A stretch of 36,310 nucleotides of DNA from Nitrospinota bacterium (lineage in GTDB: Bacteria; UBA8248): the NCBI GenBank assembly GCA_046581755.1, contig JAYGFR010000250.1, positions 1-36,310 on the forward strand, given 5' to 3'. Position 1 is the first letter of the stretch. Each line of letters starts with the position of its first letter. Below are positions 29,119-36,310 of the stretch, piece after piece. Below the pieces are notes generated by a model that worked only from the letters and a program-made list of their open reading frames with translations, made no database searches and was not told the DNA's origin. A program made the translations under genes and the position numbers.

Positions 29119-29388
29119 GTGCCCGAAAAAACCGTAGCGATCAACAACGAACTCGGTCTCCACGCCCGGGCGGCCGCCCAATTCGTGCGGGTATCCACCC
29201 AGTTCGAATGCGACATCTTCGTGTCCTGGCGGGACATCGAGGTGGACGGCAAGAGTATCATGGGGGTCATGATGCTTGCCGCCCCGATGGGGGCCGAAAT
29301 CAAGATTCGCGCCGATGGAGAAGATGCCCAATCCGCCGTTGAACAGCTCGCCGCCTTGGTGAAAACCCGCTTCGGCGAGGAAAAATAG
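29119..29388 (+). CDS. ptsH: Phosphocarrier protein HPr
   Basis: GLHARAAA (His15) and GKSIMG (Ser46 equivalent). Confidence 0.95.
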   Translation: MPEKTVAINNELGLHARAAAQFVRVSTQFECDIFVSWRDIEVDGKSIMGVMMLAAPMGAEIKIRADGEDAQSAVEQLAALVKTRFGEEK

Positions 29389-29640
29389 CCGCGCGGTTTC
29401 GGGGGGGGATGGAGGCACTTGATTCATCTCCTGAGGCAGTGTACGTGTACGGGCCAGGCGCAGGGGCGGGAGTAATGCCCGGAAGAGGGGTGGGGGCTCC
29501 TTTCGCCGCCCATAGGCTCGCAAAGTTCCGGCGCCGAATTCTGGCCGTCTTTTCGTCATACCGCCCTTGATATTGAGTCTGAGCCGAGCGGTCCGCCGCC
29601 CGGTTCCGAATGTCAACAATATATATTCGGGAGAGGTTGA

Positions 29641-30819
29641 ATGGCATCCGTTGGAAACAAGGATTTTATATTTACATCGGAGTCGGTCTCAGAGGGCCAT
29701 CCGGACAAGATGGCGGACCAGATCAGCGACGCTGTCCTGGACGCTATTTTCGAGCAGGACCTTCAGGGAAGGGTGGCCTGCGAGACGATGATCACGACCG
29801 GAATCGTATTTCTCGCCGGCGAGATCACCACCACCGCGAATTACAATCCCAAGACCATCGCCCGCGAGACCATCCGGCGGATAGGCTACGACAACGCCAC
29901 CTACGGGTTCGATTGCGATACTTTCACCATGGTGAATTCAATCGACCGCCAATCGCCCAATATCTCCCAGGGCGTGACCGCCGGAGAGGGGCTCCACAAA
30001 GAACAGGGCGCCGGCGACCAGGGCATGATGTTCGGTTTCGCCTGCCGGGAGACCGAGGAACTCATGCCGCTCCCCATCATGCTCGCCCATAAGCTCGTCG
30101 AGCGCACCTCGGCCGTCCGCCGGGACGGCACGCTTCCCTATCTCCGCCCCGACAGCAAAAGCCAGGTTTCGGTCCGCTACAAGGATAGCCTGCCGGTTTC
30201 GATCGAAAACGTCGTCATCTCGGCCCAACATTCAGAAGAAGTCGGCATCGAACAAATCCGCAAAGACATCATCGAGCACGTCATAGAGCCCATTGTTTCC
30301 AGCGAAATGATCACCAAGGATACGATCTATTACGTCAATCCCACCGGCGTTTTCATCATCGGCGGTCCGATGGGCGACACCGGGCTGACCGGCCGCAAAA
30401 TCATCGTGGACACCTACGGCGGGTACAGTCGCCACGGCGGAGGCGCTTTTTCCGGCAAGGACCCATCGAAGGTGGATCGCTCGGCCGCCTACATGGCCCG
30501 CTACGTCGCAAAAAATATCGTCGCCGCCGGCCTCGCCGAACGCGCCGAGGTCCAGTTCGCCTACGCCATCGGTGTGGCCGAACCCGTTTCCGTCCTCATC
30601 GACGACTTCGGGACCGGGCAGGTGGCGCCCGAGAAGCTCTCCAAGGCCATCCGAGCTGTTTTTGGCCTCAAACCCAGGGAAATCATCGACGATCTGAACC
30701 TTCAGCGCCCCATATTCGAAAAAACCGCCGCCTACGGGCATTTCGGCCGGGATCTCCCCGATTTCACCTGGGAGCATACCGACAAGGTGGACGATCTGCG
30801 AAGCGAACTCGGCTTATAA
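29641..30819 (+). CDS. metK: S-adenosylmethionine synthetase
   Basis: [37 protein letters not shown]. Confidence 0.98.
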   Translation: MASVGNKDFIFTSESVSEGHPDKMADQISDAVLDAIFEQDLQGRVACETMITTGIVFLAGEITTTANYNPKTIARETIRRIGYDNATYGFDCDTFTMVNSIDRQSPNISQGVTAGEGLHKEQGAGDQGMMFGFACRETEELMPLPIMLAHKLVERTSAVRRDGTLPYLRPDSKSQVSVRYKDSLPVSIENVVISAQHSEEVGIEQIRKDIIEHVIEPIVSSEMITKDTIYYVNPTGVFIIGGPMGDTGLTGRKIIVDTYGGYSRHGGGAFSGKDPSKVDRSAAYMARYVAKNIVAAGLAERAEVQFAYAIGVAEPVSVLIDDFGTGQVAPEKLSKAIRAVFGLKPREIIDDLNLQRPIFEKTAAYGHFGRDLPDFTWEHTDKVDDLRSELGL

Positions 30820-30828
30820 ATCACGTGA

Positions 30829-32136
<1,308 letters not shown>

Positions 32137-32176
32137 GCTTTTTCCGTTTTTCAGCCCCTGCCGCCCAACCGGAGGG

Positions 32177-33553
32177 ATGACTGTGGATTGCGGCGGGTCC
32201 GCGGGCCACTTTGCGACGCGACGGATCGGCGGCCGCCGGCCGTCCGCCTTTCTTCTGACCCTCGTGGTTTGGGCGGGGTTCATATCGCCTTCCGGTTCTT
32301 TTGCCGCTGGGGCGACCCGCGTTTTGTCCTTCCGGCATTTTTCGACCGAAGGCTACACCCGTCTCGTTTTCGTCCTGAACCGGGAATCCAATCAATTCCG
32401 GAACGGCCGCTTAAACGACCCACCACGAATTTTTGTGGATATCCCCTCCGGGCGCCTCCAGTCAGGGATTCGCCTACCTCGCTTCAAGAAGGCCAGCCTG
32501 GCCCGAAAGATCCGGGTTGGCCGCCCGGACCGGAAACGGATGCGGCTGGTCATCGAGTTGCGCCACGCTGAAATTCGCCACCGCGTATTTACACTTCCGG
32601 AACCGGCCCGAATCGTGATCGATTTGCGCGATACGCGCCCGGCCCAGGCAAAAATGCCCACGGAAAGGGACCGGACAGGGGACAAATCCCCACCCCCGAG
32701 AGCCATTCCGGACAGGCAGGTGAGCCGTCCCGAGGAACGCCCTCTAGCGGATGCCCCCCGATCCAGGAGGGAGCGAAGGAGGCGTTCGCTGAACATGACG
32801 GCGCGCTTTCGAGCGGGTCTGGGGCGAATTGTGCTGGATCCCGGGCACGGGGGGAGAGACCCCGGCGCGGTCGGTTTGTACGGGCTGACCGAAAAACGCT
32901 TGGTCCTGGATATTTCGCGGCGAATCTCCCGCTCGTTGCGGAGACTTCTGCCGCCTGGAAACCGGGTTATCTTGACGAGGACCCGGGACCGCTTCCTCGA
33001 CCTCAAGAAGCGGACTGCGTTTGCCAACAAACACGACGCGGACGTTTTCGTCTCCATTCACGTTAACAGCTCGCCGATCAGGAGCACTCGGGGCGTCGAA
33101 ACCTATTTGCTCGCCGAAGCCTCCACCCCGCGGGCACTGCGATTGGCCGCGCGGGAGAGCGGAACCACCGTCAGCGAGATGAGCGATTTGCAAAAAATCC
33201 TGGACGACTTGATGCTCCGGTCCAAGGTGACCGAATCTCATCAGCTGGCCAACCACGTTCAGGGCGCTATCATCTCCCGGCTGATCGAGACGTATTCGAA
33301 CATCAACGACCTGGGCGTCAAGCGCGGCCCGTTTTATGTTTTGGTCGGTGCCAAAATGCCGAGTATTCTCGTGGAAATGGCGTTTGTCACCAACAGATCG
33401 GAGGCCAGACGCCTAAAAACCCGAAAATTCCGGCAGAATATCGCCGAAGGCATCGCCATGGGAATTTCCAAGTTCATCGGGGCCACCCCCCGGCGGGCCT
33501 CCGTTCCGGGCGGGCGGGAGATTTTTCAAAATACCGAGGCAACCCGGCCTTAG
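32177..33553 (+). CDS. N-acetylmuramoyl-L-alanine amidase (AMIN plus Amidase_3; AmiC-like)
   Basis: Signal/TM segment, PPRIFVD and PARIVID AMIN motifs, DPGHGG, SIHVN, LVEMAF. Confidence 0.93.
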   Translation: MTVDCGGSAGHFATRRIGGRRPSAFLLTLVVWAGFISPSGSFAAGATRVLSFRHFSTEGYTRLVFVLNRESNQFRNGRLNDPPRIFVDIPSGRLQSGIRLPRFKKASLARKIRVGRPDRKRMRLVIELRHAEIRHRVFTLPEPARIVIDLRDTRPAQAKMPTERDRTGDKSPPPRAIPDRQVSRPEERPLADAPRSRRERRRRSLNMTARFRAGLGRIVLDPGHGGRDPGAVGLYGLTEKRLVLDISRRISRSLRRLLPPGNRVILTRTRDRFLDLKKRTAFANKHDADVFVSIHVNSSPIRSTRGVETYLLAEASTPRALRLAARESGTTVSEMSDLQKILDDLMLRSKVTESHQLANHVQGAIISRLIETYSNINDLGVKRGPFYVLVGAKMPSILVEMAFVTNRSEARRLKTRKFRQNIAEGIAMGISKFIGATPRRASVPGGREIFQNTEATRP

Positions 33554-33604
33554 CCGAATCTTTCCGGCCGGTCAATTGCCCACAACCCTTCTTTCAGGTT
33601 CGCC

Positions 33605-35011
33605 ATGCCGCTTCCGGTTCTCGTCATTGTAGGCCGCCCGAACGTGGGGAAATCCACGCTCTTCAACCGCATGATCGGCCGGCGCAAGGCCATCGTCGAA
33701 GCCGCTCCGGGAGTTACCCGCGACCGCCACTACGGAAGGGGGGAGCGCGGGGATACGCCTTTTCTGGTGGTCGATACGGGCGGCATCGCGGCCGTGGAGG
33801 AGGACCCCTATCGCTCGTCGATTGTCCGCCATGTCGCCGCCGCCATCGGCGAGGGGGATGTGGTGCTGTTTCTGGTGGATGGCCAGGAAGGCCCGCTTCC
33901 GGGCGATGTCCAGATTGCCGATATGGTTCGAAATTCGGGCAAACCGGTCCTCCTCGCCGTCAACAAAACCGATACGAACATCGCTCGGGATTCGGTGTGG
34001 GATTTTTTCGGATTGGGTTTCGGGGAGCCTCGCCCCATCTCGGCGGAACATGGCGCTGGTGTCGCCGATTATCTCGACGAGGCGCTTGGCGTGCTTCCCG
34101 AATGGGAGTCCGAGGAGGAGTCCGAGGAGGGGGAGATTCGTGTCGCCGTCGTGGGTCGGCCCAACGTGGGAAAATCATCCCTCATCAACAAGCTGCTGGG
34201 CGAGGAGCGAAATCTAGTGAGCCCGGTTCCGGGGACCACCCGCGATCCGATCGACTCCGTTTGCCGGAGGGGGGAGGGCGTTTACCGGTTCGTCGACACG
34301 GCCGGAATTCGAAAACGCGGAAAGGTGGGCGACAACAAGGTTGAGGTGGTCAGCATGATTCTCGCCTACCGGAGCATCGAGCGCGCCGAGGCCGTTTTGC
34401 TGGTTCTGGACGCCACCGAGGGCCCGCTTGCGATTGATGCCCAGATTGCCCGGCATGTGGTCGATTCCGGACGCGCCTGCGCCATTTTGCTAAACAAATG
34501 GGATCTGGTGAAAAAGGACACGAAAAGTTTCGATGAAAAAGTCCGGACCATTCACGAGAAGTTGGTGCATGTGGATTTTGCCCCCGTCGTTTCAATTTCG
34601 GCCTTGAGCGGGCAGCGAATCGAGCGGATTTTCCCGGTCATCGACCGGATCATTTCCTCCCACCGGCGGCGCATCCCGACAGGAAAACTCAACAAGGCCC
34701 TTGAGCGATGGACAATGGCCCATCCGCCGCCATCGGGCCGAACCGGCCGGCGCCCGAAGCTTCTCTATGCCACCCAGGCCTCGGTGGCTCCTCCGTTAAT
34801 CGTCATTTTTGCCGCTCGGACGGAAAGGCTCCCGGAGGAGCAATACCGCAGGTATCTCGTCAACCGGCTTCGCGAGGAATTCGATTTCGAGGGAACGGCC
34901 ATGCGCTTGAGTTTCAGGAAACGCGCCTCGAAGGGGGGCAGGGGCTCCAAAAGCGGCGGTTCCCGTCCGTCCAAAAGAAATACCAAGGGCAGGCTCAGGC
35001 CCGCCCGATAG
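33605..35011 (+). CDS. der: Ribosome biogenesis GTPase Der (EngA)
   Basis: Two G-domains (GRPNVGKS twice, DTGG/DTAG, NKTD/NKWD) and a KH-like C-terminus. Confidence 0.97.
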   Translation: MPLPVLVIVGRPNVGKSTLFNRMIGRRKAIVEAAPGVTRDRHYGRGERGDTPFLVVDTGGIAAVEEDPYRSSIVRHVAAAIGEGDVVLFLVDGQEGPLPGDVQIADMVRNSGKPVLLAVNKTDTNIARDSVWDFFGLGFGEPRPISAEHGAGVADYLDEALGVLPEWESEEESEEGEIRVAVVGRPNVGKSSLINKLLGEERNLVSPVPGTTRDPIDSVCRRGEGVYRFVDTAGIRKRGKVGDNKVEVVSMILAYRSIERAEAVLLVLDATEGPLAIDAQIARHVVDSGRACAILLNKWDLVKKDTKSFDEKVRTIHEKLVHVDFAPVVSISALSGQRIERIFPVIDRIISSHRRRIPTGKLNKALERWTMAHPPPSGRTGRRPKLLYATQASVAPPLIVIFAARTERLPEEQYRRYLVNRLREEFDFEGTAMRLSFRKRASKGGRGSKSGGSRPSKRNTKGRLRPAR

Positions 35012-35182
35012 CGGGCCGAATCATAAAATCCTTTTCCAACCCGGCGTTTTCCATAATTTGACGAAGAATTTTCCGGCGGCAACCGCGAATCGCGCCGAAT
35101 TCCCGTTTGCTGAAAAGCCCGCCATATCGCCAGGACGGCTCCGGCGGCCGGGAAATCGCTCATTTATGGTGGAATTCCGGTA

Positions 35183-35962
35183 TCAAACCCCTTTCGGCGC
35201 GGCCTCTCCATCCACGAAAATATCCTCCACGCGATCGGGATAGAAGGCCAAAAGCCCCTTGATTTTAGAACACTCCGGGAGCGGGTCGGGATAGCTCCAC
35301 ACCACGTCCTCGAATGTTTCACCGTTCACTTTGGCGGACCAATAGATGGCTTTCCCCTTGTAGGGGCAGCCCGAGGTCCTCTCTGACCGCACCAGCAAGT
35401 CCATTCGGACATCTTCTTCGGGAAGGTAGTATCGGGCCGGGAGTCCCGTCTCGAACAAAAGATGGGGGCTCCGGCTCTCGGCGATGGTTTCTCCACCGAG
35501 GAGAACGCGGATGTGGCGACTGCTTCCCAGCGCATCCACGCGCTTATAGGGATCGCGCGCGTGGACGAATATCTCATCCTCCTCTTCGTGCCAGGAATCC
35601 ATCTTGCCCCAATAAAAAGCGATATATCCGGCGATTTCAGGGACGCTCTCGATGGGGTCCTCATAGCTCCAAACCGCGTTTTCCGCCGTCCGGTCCCGGA
35701 CGGTCAGCGTCCAATAGGACGCCTCTCCCTTGACGGGTCAATGGGTGAGGTTGTCGGTCCGCTCCATGAGGTCCATCCGGACGTCCTCGGGAGGGAAATA
35801 GTATACGGGCCGGTGCCATGCCTCGCGCATCAAAAGGGCGCGCTTGCTGTCTGCGACGGTTTCTCCGTTAAAGGCCACCCGCACCCTCCTGGGGGATATT
35901 TCGTTATTCACCCAATGGTCCCCATCGCCCCCGTCACTCGGATTTGCTTTGGATGCCATCAT
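35183..35962 (-). CDS. Tandem DUF427-domain protein, 259 aa, with an in-frame TGA at codon 75 (probable selenocysteine; otherwise a nonsense-split gene)
   Basis: GGGAGG RBS before ATG 35962. Two repeats of the RV..GET.A.S / YY.P.EDVRMDL / CP.KG.A.YW / WSY.DP pattern. The first repeat reads TH*PVKGEASYW and the frame stays open to the stop at 35183. Confidence 0.85.
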
Positions 35963-36310
35963 CCAATTCCTCCCTATTCGGTAAAATTCCAAAATCCCGC
36001 CGCGAGGCGGGTCCGACAATTGCCCGGTTCCCGGCGATTCCATCCAAACGGATTCAGGACACTTTAATTCCATTCCAGGTATGATGAAAGTGTCTAGTCC
36101 CTCAAGGCAGAATTCCTCGAACCGGCCAGAGAGAGGGCTGGCGGGGCAGGGGAGTTCCCGGAATACCCTAAAATGGAACGGCTTGGCGGGATGGTGAGAA
36201 AATGCAATGAATATCAAATATTTATCATGCAAAAACCTGACGTTGCGCTTTAAATTTACCCTCTCAAATGATTCATTTTGATTGACAAATCAGGTGTTGA
36301 AATGGCACAT

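Noticed and set aside
29401..29408. G8 homopolymer (others occur in proS and lptA) as a phase-variation tract
   Set aside because: The runs are short for a GC-rich genome and the coding ones leave the frames intact.
35963..36232. ORF-track 90-aa N-terminal extension of the DUF427 gene
   Set aside because: A strong GGGAGG RBS precedes ATG 35962, and the upstream region looks like promoter DNA.

Overview
A GC-rich chromosomal segment from a diderm (LPS-making) bacterium. Gene order resembles Desulfobacterota/Nitrospinota-like lineages (inference). About 34 CDSs and one tRNA(CAT) lie on the + strand: 7TM-HD hydrolase, ybeY, HIT, LapA-like, mutS, DUF4390-like, NtrY-like kinase, REC-LpxC, purM, purN, lolA, rseP, ispG, proS, two small ORFs, tRNA-Met, tilS, ftsH, pdxJ, nnr, tsaE, lptC, lptA, lptB, rpoN, hprK, EIIA, HPr, metK, ahcY, amidase and der. 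One convergent minus-strand gene closes the window. No mobile elements or CRISPR arrays were seen. Two things stand out. (1) The response regulator behind the NtrY-like kinase has its usual output domain replaced by an LpxC domain with intact catalytic motifs, suggesting phosphorylation-controlled lipid A synthesis. (2) The minus-strand tandem DUF427 gene is split in the ORF track by an in-frame TGA at the conserved Cys of the CPxKG motif, followed by two hairpins, making it a candidate selenoprotein. All calls come from reading motifs by eye; no searches were run.
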